Shown here: positions 28,980 through 37,713 of the stretch, one piece after another
Layout: each line of letters starts with the position of its first letter
How positions within the stretch are numbered: the first letter of the stretch is position 1
Source of the DNA: Patescibacteria group bacterium
GTDB taxonomy: Bacteria > Patescibacteriota > Minisyncoccia > Phycocordibacterales > UBA918
Length of the DNA stretch: 51,836 bases
Assembly (NCBI GenBank): GCA_018608435.1
Contig: JABAZV010000007.1
Location: forward strand, 13,946-65,781
Reading direction: 5' to 3'
Notes under the pieces: model-generated
Seen by the model: the letters and a program-made list of their open reading frames with translations, nothing else
Databases searched by the model: none
Told to the model about the DNA's origin: nothing
Translations under genes and position numbers: made by a program

Positions 28980-29864
28980 TTAGAAAGGGATTTTTCTTAG
29001 TGATTTATCCATCAGCTCAATTTTTGTAGTTTTATACTCGAAAGTTGCTGTTTTGTTTTGTTGACAGACTGTGTTGGCACGTAGATAGTCTTTTGTTTCA
29101 GTAGAAGATAGTTTGTATGAGTATTCATGATTAATAAAGACTTCTTTAAAAACAAAAAGCTCAAAACTACTACTCAAAAAGAAGTTGAGACAATGGTCAT
29201 TAGGTATTCCGGTATACGTCAAAATCACATCTTCTCCATCTGTCCGCATAGAAATTTCACCGTTATATCCATTTAGAATTCTTCCTTCTTGCACGTCTAC
29301 ATCGTAGTATTTTTTTGCTATTCCTGATTCAATCAAATCTTCCGTAGTAAAATCCTTCATAACACCTTCCTCAGCAGCAATGCTAATTTTTTCAATCAAA
29401 TATCTTCTTTTCTCAGTTTCATCGTCCTCTTTTTGTGTATCTGCTGTATTCACTCCTGCTATTACAATAATTGCAACGATTGTTCCCCATAATACATATT
29501 CAATAATATTGTCAAAAGGTTTAATGAGAGCCGTCAGCACTAATCCGATGACAATTCCAATTGAAACAGTTTTTGCTATCATCGGAATAAGTATTGATGC
29601 AAAGAGGGGCGCCCAACCGCCCATCAAAAATATGATAACGGCTGCTCCTACGAGTAAGATCATAAACGATATGACAATGTAAGCCGTTTTTCTAAGTAGT
29701 ACCATTGTGATCGTGGTGAGAATAACTAGCCCAACATGACTAATATGATACGAATCATCTACCGACGAGATAGAAAAAATAAGTAACCCAACATAACTAA
29801 AACCTAGAACAACAGAAACTACAAATGGCAATAATTTTTTGTCACTTTTATATATATCAAACAT
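28980..29864 (-). CDS. Multi-TM membrane protein with C-terminal type IVb pilin (PilS)-like domain
   Basis: About 5 TM helices, then LIESG..ILNGYNGEISM..VILTYTGIPNDHCLNF..VFIN..ANTVC..TFEY; AT-rich. Confidence 0.55.
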   Translation of the reverse strand: MFDIYKSDKKLLPFVVSVVLGFSYVGLLIFSISSVDDSYHISHVGLVILTTITMVLLRKTAYIVISFMILLVGAAVIIFLMGGWAPLFASILIPMIAKTVSIGIVIGLVLTALIKPFDNIIEYVLWGTIVAIIVIAGVNTADTQKEDDETEKRRYLIEKISIAAEEGVMKDFTTEDLIESGIAKKYYDVDVQEGRILNGYNGEISMRTDGEDVILTYTGIPNDHCLNFFLSSSFELFVFKEVFINHEYSYKLSSTETKDYLRANTVCQQNKTATFEYKTTKIELMDKSLRKIPF

Positions 29865-30046
29865 ATATTTATTCTATCAATTATATTTATTTTTTGCTCA
29901 ATAATTGTACTAGTTGATTTGGAAAAATACTTCGTACAATACGTATGCTCGAAAATGCTAGAATAATTGAGCAAATTATTAAATCAAAAATGGCTGATGG
30001 TTAGTAAGCCACTTTATTCTCCTGCTGAGCACAGGCTTACTCAAAC

Positions 30047-30080
30047 ATAAAAACACGACGCCTTGGCGTCGTGTTTTTAT
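30047..30080 (-). terminator. Terminator after rplE
   Basis: ataaaaacacgacgcc-tt-ggcgtcgtgtttttat. Confidence 0.85.
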
Positions 30081-30095
30081 CATCACTTTTAGAAC

Positions 30096-30653
30096 CTAGT
30101 CTTTTGCTTCCTCATTCTTCTTCAACGGAAAACTAATGTGACGCAAGAGCGCTTCCGCCTCTTTTTTTGTTGAAGCTGAAGTTACAAGCGTGATTGACAT
30201 ACCAAAAACATCTTTGATGTCTTCATCCTGTGTCTCTGGAAAAATAGTGTGTTCTTTAACACCAAAAGTGTAATTTCCCATTTCATCAATAGACGAAGTC
30301 TTCAAGCCTCTGAAGTCGCGTGTTTGTGGAATCGCTACGTGAATTAGCTTGTTAAGGAAATCATCACGACGCGCCCCACGCAACGTTACTTGATAACCAA
30401 CAATATCTCCTTCACGCAATTTAAAGGCTGCAATAGATAGCTTTGCTGGCCTGGCCGAAGCTTTTTGCCCGGTAATTTTAGCTAGACGATCTTGGATAAG
30501 AGCGATCATGGCCTTATCTTCTATGCGACCGGTTCCAACCGAAACAACGACCTTTTGCACCCGTGGTGCTTGATTAACATTTGTATAGCCAAACTCCTCT
30601 TTCATGGCTTCAAATATCGTTTTCATTTGAGTCTGTACTGTTTCCATACTCAT
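30096..30653 (-). CDS. rplE: 50S ribosomal protein L5
   Basis: ITGQK, SIAAFKLREG, VTLRG, RDFRGL, GNYTFG. Confidence 0.98.
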   Translation of the reverse strand: MSMETVQTQMKTIFEAMKEEFGYTNVNQAPRVQKVVVSVGTGRIEDKAMIALIQDRLAKITGQKASARPAKLSIAAFKLREGDIVGYQVTLRGARRDDFLNKLIHVAIPQTRDFRGLKTSSIDEMGNYTFGVKEHTIFPETQDEDIKDVFGMSITLVTSASTKKEAEALLRHISFPLKKNEEAKD

Positions 30654-30775
30654 TTTGTGAGTTTAATTAGTTTATATAAACCAATGTTTGAACTCCTTAT
30701 TATTTATTTATAAGTGGGTTTTATGTTTGTGGTGTGTTTAGTGGCGACTCCGCCTTCACTCAACACATCATCTCA

Positions 30776-31087
30776 TTACACCTGCTTTCCGCTTGCCTTC
30801 GACACACGTACTTTCTTACGTTTATCTCCTTCACCTTCAAAGGCATAACCAACTCGAACAGCCTTGTCGCCTTCCATAAGTCCTACGTTTGAAACATGAA
30901 TCGGCATGCTCTTTTCAATGATTTGTCCTTGTGAACGAGTGCGCCGGTTTTTTTGATGTCGCTTAACAACATTGATTCCTTCGATCACAACTTGCTCTTT
31001 TTCTTTGATAGTTGTAAGCACTGTACCGGTTTTACCTTTGTCCTTACCCGCTAGTACTTTTACCGTATCTCCTTGTCGAATTTTCAT
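30776..31087 (-). CDS. rplX: 50S ribosomal protein L24
   Basis: MKIRQGDTVKVLAGKDKGK, PIHVSNV. Confidence 0.98.
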   Translation of the reverse strand: MKIRQGDTVKVLAGKDKGKTGTVLTTIKEKEQVVIEGINVVKRHQKNRRTRSQGQIIEKSMPIHVSNVGLMEGDKAVRVGYAFEGEGDKRKKVRVSKASGKQV

Positions 31088-31102
31088 ATCTGATTAATTT
31101 GA

Positions 31103-31474
31103 TTACACGACTTCCGGCGCGAGGCTGACAATCTTCTGGTATCCAGCTTCAGACAATTCACGAGGAATCGGTCCAAATACTCGGTTTGCACGTGGTTCTC
31201 GCTTTTCTTTGTCGATAAGCACTACTGCGTTATCGTCAAAACTTACGTACGAACCATCTTTACGACGAAACGGCTTTCGCTGCCTAACAACTACACCGTA
31301 CACAACATCCTTCTTCTTTACTTGCTTGCGCGGTTCAGCGGATTGCACTGCAAGCACAACCATTTCCCCAAGCTCAGCATATCGCTTCTTAGAGCCACCA
31401 AGTACTTTAAAGACTCGGCCGACTTTACCACCAGAGTTATCGGTGATTTTTACAATTGTTTGTGGCTGAATCAT
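31103..31474 (-). CDS. rplN: 50S ribosomal protein L14
   Basis: MIQPQT..DNSG..FDDNAVVL..SLAPEVV. Confidence 0.98.
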   Translation of the reverse strand: MIQPQTIVKITDNSGGKVGRVFKVLGGSKKRYAELGEMVVLAVQSAEPRKQVKKKDVVYGVVVRQRKPFRRKDGSYVSFDDNAVVLIDKEKREPRANRVFGPIPRELSEAGYQKIVSLAPEVV

Positions 31475-31475
31475 G

Positions 31476-31730
31476 TTACTTGTTGGTTACGAGCGCAAAA
31501 CTTTTTCGTTTTGAGATCGGCTTTACTTCTTTTATTTCGACCTTGTCACCAATAACAGCGACGTTTCCTGCATCATGCACCAAGTATTTCTTTGTGCGGC
31601 GCAAGAACTTTTTGTATTTTGGGTGTTTTACGTATCGCTCAACAGCAACAGTACACGTGTCTTTCATTTTGCTAGACACTACTGTACCGCGCAAAGTGCG
31701 ACCACCAGTTTTTTTAGTTTCAGTACTCAT
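31476..31730 (-). CDS. rpsQ: 30S ribosomal protein S17
   Basis: GTVVSSKMKDT..HPKYKK..PISKRK. Confidence 0.98.
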   Translation of the reverse strand: MSTETKKTGGRTLRGTVVSSKMKDTCTVAVERYVKHPKYKKFLRRTKKYLVHDAGNVAVIGDKVEIKEVKPISKRKSFALVTNK

Positions 31731-31733
31731 ACA

Positions 31734-31934
31734 CTATTTAGTATCAACATTACGACGACGTGTGCTCAGCTCAGTGAGAGCGCGGGCGATTTCGGTCTTA
31801 GCATTTCTCACTGTACTAGCTTTGCGGCTAAACTTGTCCTTGAAACGTTCTTCACGAACAGCTTGTCGTGCGTCTTGAACGAGCTTTGAAAGCTCTGCTT
31901 CAGACTTTTTACGAATATCTTGCATTTGTGTCAT
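31734..31934 (-). CDS. rpmC: 50S ribosomal protein L29
   Basis: Position between rplP and rpsQ; VRNAKTEIARALT. Confidence 0.9.
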   Translation of the reverse strand: MTQMQDIRKKSEAELSKLVQDARQAVREERFKDKFSRKASTVRNAKTEIARALTELSTRRRNVDTK

Positions 31935-31952
31935 ACGAATTGATTAAATGAA

Positions 31953-32387
31953 TTATACTCGTGTGTCTTCACGACGTACGAATTTGGCTTGTAATGGTAG
32001 TTTGGCAGTGGCTTTACGTAGTGCTTCGCGCGCTACTTCTTCGGGAACACCCTCGATTTCAAATAGGATTCGGCCCGGGCGAACTTCGAATACAAAGTAT
32101 TCTGGATCACCTTTACCTTTACCCATTGGTACTTCGGCAGCTTTTTTCGTTACTGGTCGGTCAGGAAAAATTCGGATCCAGCTTTTCCCAGCCTTTCCCA
32201 TAGTTCGAGAAATTACCCGCCTAGCTGCTTCAATCTGATTTGATTTTACTCGAGCTGGTGACATAGCTTTAAGACCATACTCACCATAAGACACGGTGAT
32301 GCCACGAGTGTCTGGACGATTACGCTTTTCTTTGCTCATTCGACCAACTTGCCACTTGCGGTGTTTTACTTTTTTTGGAAACAACAT
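31953..32387 (-). CDS. rplP: 50S ribosomal protein L16
   Basis: MLFPKKVKHRK, QIEAAR, RIFPDRP, MGKGKG. Confidence 0.98.
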   Translation of the reverse strand: MLFPKKVKHRKWQVGRMSKEKRNRPDTRGITVSYGEYGLKAMSPARVKSNQIEAARRVISRTMGKAGKSWIRIFPDRPVTKKAAEVPMGKGKGDPEYFVFEVRPGRILFEIEGVPEEVAREALRKATAKLPLQAKFVRREDTRV

Positions 32388-32393
32388 AGGCAA

Positions 32394-33113
32394 TTAGTTA
32401 GTGCGGCGATTATTTCTTGGTGAGTGAGTTGGTCGTTCTGTTTGACCAGCAGTTCGGTCTTCAAAGACCTCACCACGATAGATCCAAACTTTGATACCAA
32501 GCACACCGTAAGGAAGATTGGCACGTACACGAGCAAAATCGATATTTGCGCGTAGAGTTTGAAGTGGTACTCGTCCTCGCTTGATCTCTTCTTTACGGGC
32601 CATATCAGCTCCACCAAGACGACCAGATAGAATGATACGCACACCTTCAACGTCGTGATTAGCCATTACCTTCTCGGCTGTTTGTTTCATTACTCGCCTA
32701 AAAGTGAAACGCTTCTCAAGACCTTCAGAAATCATCTGTCCAACGATACGAGCTGATGATTCAGGTGAACGTACTTCTTCAATATCAATCTTGATTTCTG
32801 GTTTTTCGCTCATCTTTTGCTTGCGCAAAAATAGGTCAATTTCTTTCTTAAGAGCGTTGATGCCTTCACCTCCTCGACCAATCACTAGTCCTGGTCGAGC
32901 AGTTTTGATAATAATCCGAATACTTTTTTGGTTTCGTTCGATTTCGATTGTGTCTACTGACATTCCTTTCAAACGTGTTTCAAGCCAACGACGCAAAAGC
33001 GTATCGACGCGCAAGAATTCACGGAATTTTTTTGGATTGGTGGTAAACCAGCGACTCTTCCAGTCACGGTTAATGCCAATTCGTTGTATGTATGGATGGG
33101 CTACGTGTGTCAT
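32394..33113 (-). CDS. rpsC: 30S ribosomal protein S3
   Basis: WKSRWF, RPGLVIGRGG, GRLGGA, PLQTLRANIDF, GIKVWI. Confidence 0.98.
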   Translation of the reverse strand: MTHVAHPYIQRIGINRDWKSRWFTTNPKKFREFLRVDTLLRRWLETRLKGMSVDTIEIERNQKSIRIIIKTARPGLVIGRGGEGINALKKEIDLFLRKQKMSEKPEIKIDIEEVRSPESSARIVGQMISEGLEKRFTFRRVMKQTAEKVMANHDVEGVRIILSGRLGGADMARKEEIKRGRVPLQTLRANIDFARVRANLPYGVLGIKVWIYRGEVFEDRTAGQTERPTHSPRNNRRTN

Positions 33114-33117
33114 ATCC

Positions 33118-33444
33118 TTACTTTTTAACGCCTAACTCAAGTGAGATATGGCTATTACGCTTGTTAATTCGTGACGCTGAACCACGCGCGCGTGGGATAA
33201 AGCGTTTGTGGGTTGGTGCTTTGTTTACCTCAACTGTTTTTATAAACAGACGTTCAATGTCAGCACCATGTTCTTTTGCATTTGCTACCGCTGAAGAAAT
33301 CAACTTTGCAAATGGGCCAGATGCTCGCTTGTCGACAAAGTTAAGAGTCGTGAGCGCTTCCTTGGTTTTTTTGCCTCGAACAAGATCGGCAATAAGACGA
33401 ACCTTGCGGGGAGACTGACGGTAATTTTTGAGAATTGCTTTCAT
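33118..33444 (-). CDS. rplV: 50S ribosomal protein L22
   Basis: RQSPRKVRLIADLVRG, PRARG, SHI. Confidence 0.98.
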   Translation of the reverse strand: MKAILKNYRQSPRKVRLIADLVRGKKTKEALTTLNFVDKRASGPFAKLISSAVANAKEHGADIERLFIKTVEVNKAPTHKRFIPRARGSASRINKRNSHISLELGVKK

Positions 33445-33498
33445 GTGTGTTTCTCGAGACTAATAATTAATAGATTATTTACAGCAGTGAGACACTGT

Positions 33499-33825
33499 CT
33501 ACACTGACTTCGCAGCCTTGGCTGCTGAAATTTCTGCCTCCTTTTTCTTCTGATCGAGATCCTTCTGCATCTTACCGCCGTGACGCCAGAACTTTTTAGT
33601 TGGTGAAAACTCACCAAGTTTGTGTCCCACCATTTCTTCGGCAACTCTTACTTCAATGTGATCGCGACCGTTATGTACACCAAATGCAAATCCAACCATT
33701 TCTGGTGAAATAACTGAGCCTCGCGCCCATGTCTTTATGGTGTCCATATCCTCCGGCTTTTTCCCGGCGATCTTTTTGAGTAGACCTTCGTCTACGTATG
33801 GTCCTTTATATAGTGATCGTGACAT
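33499..33825 (-). CDS. rpsS: 30S ribosomal protein S19 (C-terminal extension); possible UUG start at 33870
   Basis: [30 protein letters not shown]. Confidence 0.98.
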   Translation of the reverse strand: MSRSLYKGPYVDEGLLKKIAGKKPEDMDTIKTWARGSVISPEMVGFAFGVHNGRDHIEVRVAEEMVGHKLGEFSPTKKFWRHGGKMQKDLDQKKKEAEISAAKAAKSV

Positions 33826-34155
33826 GAATGAAACAAGGAGTGTAACGACTATGTTGAATTTACGTCTCAATTTTGGGCTTTTTCCTGCCCAAAATTGCTA
33901 GACGCTGATGTAACACAATAGCCACAGCCCTAAATTATTTTGAATAAAAGAGATTTTGCGTTTATACAAAGCCGTACAAACACGAGCGCGTCCAAGACGC
34001 GCTTAGTGACAACCTCTAGGAAATACAGGGTAACGGCCCAGCCTTCCAAGAGGTTCTCACGATTTTGATTGTCCATCATCCCCACCACTGCCAAGCAGTA
34101 GAGTTAATCACACAAACAAAACCAGATAGAGCTTTGTTTGCTTATTGATTAGAAC
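33826..34155 (-). promoter_or_regulatory. Structured 5' leader (about 330 nt) of the rpsS-rplE unit, with motif shared with the rpsN leader
   Basis: Stem GCGUCU(AG)CAAUUUUGGGC/GCCCAAAAUUGAGACGU at 33855-33905; promoter TTGACT-17-TATTCT at 34190-34162. Confidence 0.75.
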
Positions 34156-34324
34156 GAGGTAAGAATACAGAAATTGGATGACAAAGTCAATGGCAAAAAT
34201 GGTTCAGACTTTCCTATTGAAATTTGACTAAATACTCACAGAAAACATAACTTATGGGGTATTATACTATTGAGTAATTATTTATACGTGAACAATACCA
34301 CCCTAGTGCTTTATAATATATTTT

Positions 34325-35026
34325 ATGGATAGAAAAATTGTAGTCTATGTTGTAATTTTGTTTTTAATCTCTTTGTTGATTGTAATCTTTTGGCTCAGAG
34401 GAAATACTCCTGCTCTTTCACCTAACGAGGAGAAAGATGCGACACCAAACAGTGCGCTGTCTAATGATGTTCATGATAATAATCAGATTATGGATAAACC
34501 TGCTGAAACACCATCTGACTGGTCAGTCGTTGATTCAGCTGGATTGTCGGGGGTAACATTTGCCTATCCAAATTTCGGACTGGAAAATGAATACCGAGTA
34601 GATGTCATAAATGAAAATTATCGAATTGTTAGAACAATAACTGAATTGGTACATTATCCTAAACAATCAGTTGAACAGACAAGTGTCGGAATAAGAGACA
34701 ACATATCAAACCTGACTTTTGACGAATGGTTAGCCGAAAGGGTTCCTAATGCTCAAAAACTGATCGCCGACAACATCCTCGAGCCAGTTTCCACCGAAAA
34801 CGGGATCTCTGGGTATATTCTGGGGAACAAACCTCTACCAAGCTACGCACTAGAAACCGAACCCATAACATCAGTTGTCTTTTTGACTGATGAGCAGAAT
34901 ACCGTCTTTATTTCCATTGGACCCAGTCACGAAAATCAGTGGTCTATCTTTACAGGTCGAGAACCTACAGCGCGCACAAATCTTATGATGTCTATGGTAA
35001 ATACCATATCAGTGAATTCAAACTAA
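34325..35026 (+). CDS. Membrane-anchored hypothetical protein (possibly PsbP/Mog1-like fold)
   Basis: N-terminal TM helix, linker, W...GVTFAYP motif. Confidence 0.65.
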   Translation: MDRKIVVYVVILFLISLLIVIFWLRGNTPALSPNEEKDATPNSALSNDVHDNNQIMDKPAETPSDWSVVDSAGLSGVTFAYPNFGLENEYRVDVINENYRIVRTITELVHYPKQSVEQTSVGIRDNISNLTFDEWLAERVPNAQKLIADNILEPVSTENGISGYILGNKPLPSYALETEPITSVVFLTDEQNTVFISIGPSHENQWSIFTGREPTARTNLMMSMVNTISVNSN

Positions 35027-35074
35027 ATGCCTGACTGTTGCCAATAACATCTTGTTTTATCTCCCCAAAGATGT

Positions 35075-35335
35075 TTGGATATGGTTATGTTACAAAACGC
35101 ACCAGACTCAAATATTGAAGAGAATATTAAAACTGAGAATAATCCAGTACCAGCGCCACAAAAAACAAAGCGGCGTTGGCGACTAAAACTCTTTCTTATA
35201 ACTTCGCTTATTATGCTGGGCGCGGGGATTTATATTGGTATGGAGTGGAAACAATATCGTCACATCAGCGATTGTTTAGAACTAGGCGGTAGCTTGCAAG
35301 CTGAAACGAGTGACGTTTGTATTGTTAATCGCTAA
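35075..35335 (+). CDS. Small single-TM hypothetical protein
   Basis: TM helix followed by CLELGG...C; true start is probably an internal ATG. Confidence 0.6.
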   Translation: MDMVMLQNAPDSNIEENIKTENNPVPAPQKTKRRWRLKLFLITSLIMLGAGIYIGMEWKQYRHISDCLELGGSLQAETSDVCIVNR

Positions 35336-35341
35336 GCCTTT

Positions 35342-35659
35342 ATGCCAAAAAACCGCGGACGAGAACACACAACTTTGACTGAAACCGCTGCTATCGTGGC
35401 GCATGAATTAAAAGGAATCGCTGGAATAAAAATGATCGCGCCGGGTGAAATTCGCTCCAATAAACGTAGCGCGAGCGTCCGTTTTATTACTTGTGTTTAT
35501 ACAAACGCTGGTTTTGAGCTTATTGTTAGCGGTCAAAGTGCTCAGAAGATCGCAGTACACACCGACTCTGATCCGCGAAGAATCTTTGCCACTTTAAAGA
35601 GCAGCAAGAAATTGCGAGAGTTCATATTTAAAGAACGCGAACGAATACCGGGAGAGTGA
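35342..35659 (+). CDS. DUF2103-like protein
   Basis: GREHTT, IKMIAPGEI, GFELIVSGQSAQKIAVHT resemble DUF2103. Confidence 0.6.
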   Translation: MPKNRGREHTTLTETAAIVAHELKGIAGIKMIAPGEIRSNKRSASVRFITCVYTNAGFELIVSGQSAQKIAVHTDSDPRRIFATLKSSKKLREFIFKERERIPGE

Positions 35660-35665
35660 GATAGC

Positions 35666-35708
35666 TTAATTAAAAAGGCGGGCGCTAAGCGCCCGCCTTT
35701 TTAATTAA
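35666..35708. terminator. Bidirectional terminator
   Basis: ttaattaaaaaggcgggcgc-taa-gcgcccgcctttttaattaa. Confidence 0.88.
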
Positions 35709-35750
35709 ACTTTTTCTGTTTGTGACCAAGTATTAGGTAAGATTATATTG

Positions 35751-36041
35751 CTACGCTTCTTCACTAGCAAACAAATCCAGAAAAGCCCGCGGTGAAACTG
35801 CTATTCCATATCCACTGAGTGCATCCGCCGAAAGCTTAGCTGCAGCTTTTACCTTTTCGTCATTCTCAGAATCGCCAGTAAATCCTAGCGGAGAAACAGC
35901 TGAAACTTTGTTCTCGAACTGATTAAGTTCTGCCGCGACTATCTCATTTGAAGCTGCCAAGCCCAGCAGTTCGTCACTGGTCTGAATAAACTCTCCTACA
36001 AAATCTCTTTGTCCACCAAACAGTCTCTTAAGCCACTGCAT
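35751..36041 (-). CDS. Hypothetical protein
   Basis: 96-aa ORF 15 nt downstream of 36057..37556. Confidence 0.65.
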   Translation of the reverse strand: MQWLKRLFGGQRDFVGEFIQTSDELLGLAASNEIVAAELNQFENKVSAVSPLGFTGDSENDEKVKAAAKLSADALSGYGIAVSPRAFLDLFASEEA

Positions 36042-36056
36042 AATTACAATGAATTA

Positions 36057-37556
36057 CTACAGCTCGTCCAATGCTTCATCGATCAAGTCTTCAACCTCTT
36101 CTACCAGATCTAATACATCATCGTAGTCATTGTCATCGAGTGCTTCTTCAGCCTCGTCTAGTTCGTCTTCAGCTTCGTTAAGCAGGTTTTCCGCATCTCG
36201 TGTGCTCTTACCATCATCTTCTGCTTCGTACACCTCATCCCATGCATCTTCAAGTTCATCTTTAGCATCTTCATAAGCGTCTTCGGCTTCTTCTTTTTCT
36301 TCCTCATCTTCATCATCGTCGTCGTCCTTAGAACTATCGAGCTCGTCGTACGCATCGTCGATCAAATCTTCTGCTTCCTCAGCGTATTCCATAGCTTCTT
36401 CAAACTCTTCTTCATCAATGGCAATATCTGCTTTCTTCAAACGGCGCTCGGCTTTACTAAGCAAATCCTCAGCTTCTTCAACGTCATCACCGTCGTCTTT
36501 AGCTTCATCCACTTCGTCTTCAGCGTCAGACAGGTCATCCCATATATCTGCTACAAATTTTTCAGCGTCATCGTCTGATACAAGGTCAATTTCATCTTGT
36601 GCTTCTTCTAGCAACTCTTCTGCATCAAGCGCATCGCTTTTGGCTTGACGATAAATTCGATCTTCAAATGAATCGCGCGCGTCGCTTAGCAAATCTTCCG
36701 CTTCGTCGATAAGATCTTCTGCGTCACCAGTGTCAGCGTCGCGATCTTCTGCTTCTTCAAATAATTCAAGTACATCTTCGTACAAATCTTCAATGTCTTC
36801 GAGCTCATCTTCTGTTTCACTTTCTTCAGACTCGCCGCCAGCGTCTTCAAACGAATCGGTGGCGTCGTCTAGTGTTTCGATTGCGAGTGTTTCCGCCTCT
36901 TTAAAGTCTCCGTCGAGGTAGCTTTCGATGATAGAGAAAAGATCTTCCAGAGTGTCGCGCATGTCTTCTTCAATCTCAGCTACTTCTTCAGGATCATCTT
37001 CGCGCATGTCTTCAAGCAATTCGTATGTGTCGAGAATTACCTTCATCGCGTCACCAACTGTCCGTTCGACGTCTTTTTGTGCTTCGCTTTTTGCAACACT
37101 TGAAACACCAGCCACTAAAGGAGCAGGCTGAACTGGAGCTACAGCAACAACCGCTACTTCCTCAGCCTCCTCAACAACGGTGTCAGCCTTCATGGTTTCA
37201 AGCTTCTCCACCAAATCAAGCAAATATGCCGCTCGTGACTTTGGTCCAAAATTACCAGTCGCCGGAAGAACTTCTTTTGCGACTTGCCACTTTATCACAG
37301 CCGCCTTGGTTAGCGAGCCATATTTGTTAGTTTCATTCCCCGCAGAACCGGGTCCTTCGGTTGCTACAGTGAAGCCAGATTCATTTAAATAAACCTGCAA
37401 ACAGCGCACTGTCTCGTCGACCACATTTAGCTCCAAAGTCTCACCGAAACCGCACTCATTGGACTGCGCTCCTGCTGTATAAGGCAGTAATAAAATGGCT
37501 AAAAATAAGGCTATTATCGAAGCGATGATAAAGTTTGGCCGAGAAATTGTGTTCAT
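36057..37556 (-). CDS. Exported peptidoglycan-binding-domain protein with highly acidic helical repeats
   Basis: Signal peptide; VRCLQVYLN..YGSLTKAAVIKWQ..TGNFGPKSRA (PG_binding_1-like); D/E/A-rich repeats. Confidence 0.8.
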   Translation of the reverse strand: MNTISRPNFIIASIIALFLAILLLPYTAGAQSNECGFGETLELNVVDETVRCLQVYLNESGFTVATEGPGSAGNETNKYGSLTKAAVIKWQVAKEVLPATGNFGPKSRAAYLLDLVEKLETMKADTVVEEAEEVAVVAVAPVQPAPLVAGVSSVAKSEAQKDVERTVGDAMKVILDTYELLEDMREDDPEEVAEIEEDMRDTLEDLFSIIESYLDGDFKEAETLAIETLDDATDSFEDAGGESEESETEDELEDIEDLYEDVLELFEEAEDRDADTGDAEDLIDEAEDLLSDARDSFEDRIYRQAKSDALDAEELLEEAQDEIDLVSDDDAEKFVADIWDDLSDAEDEVDEAKDDGDDVEEAEDLLSKAERRLKKADIAIDEEEFEEAMEYAEEAEDLIDDAYDELDSSKDDDDDEDEEEKEEAEDAYEDAKDELEDAWDEVYEAEDDGKSTRDAENLLNEAEDELDEAEEALDDNDYDDVLDLVEEVEDLIDEALDEL

Positions 37557-37664
37557 AAATAAGCGATTAACCGTGTTAAGTAATTGGGCTTATTGTAACA
37601 CTATGTGCCAATTGATTGCAGTACTCATTTTGCATAAAACTGGACAGTAGAAAAACTGGCAACA

Positions 37665-37704
37665 AAACATAAAAAAACTGACCAAAGTCAGTTTTTTTAT
37701 GTTT
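37665..37704 (-). terminator. Terminator after rplB
   Basis: aaacataaaaaaactgac-caaa-gtcagtttttttatgttt. Confidence 0.85.
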
Positions 37705-37713
37705 CTTCTTAGC

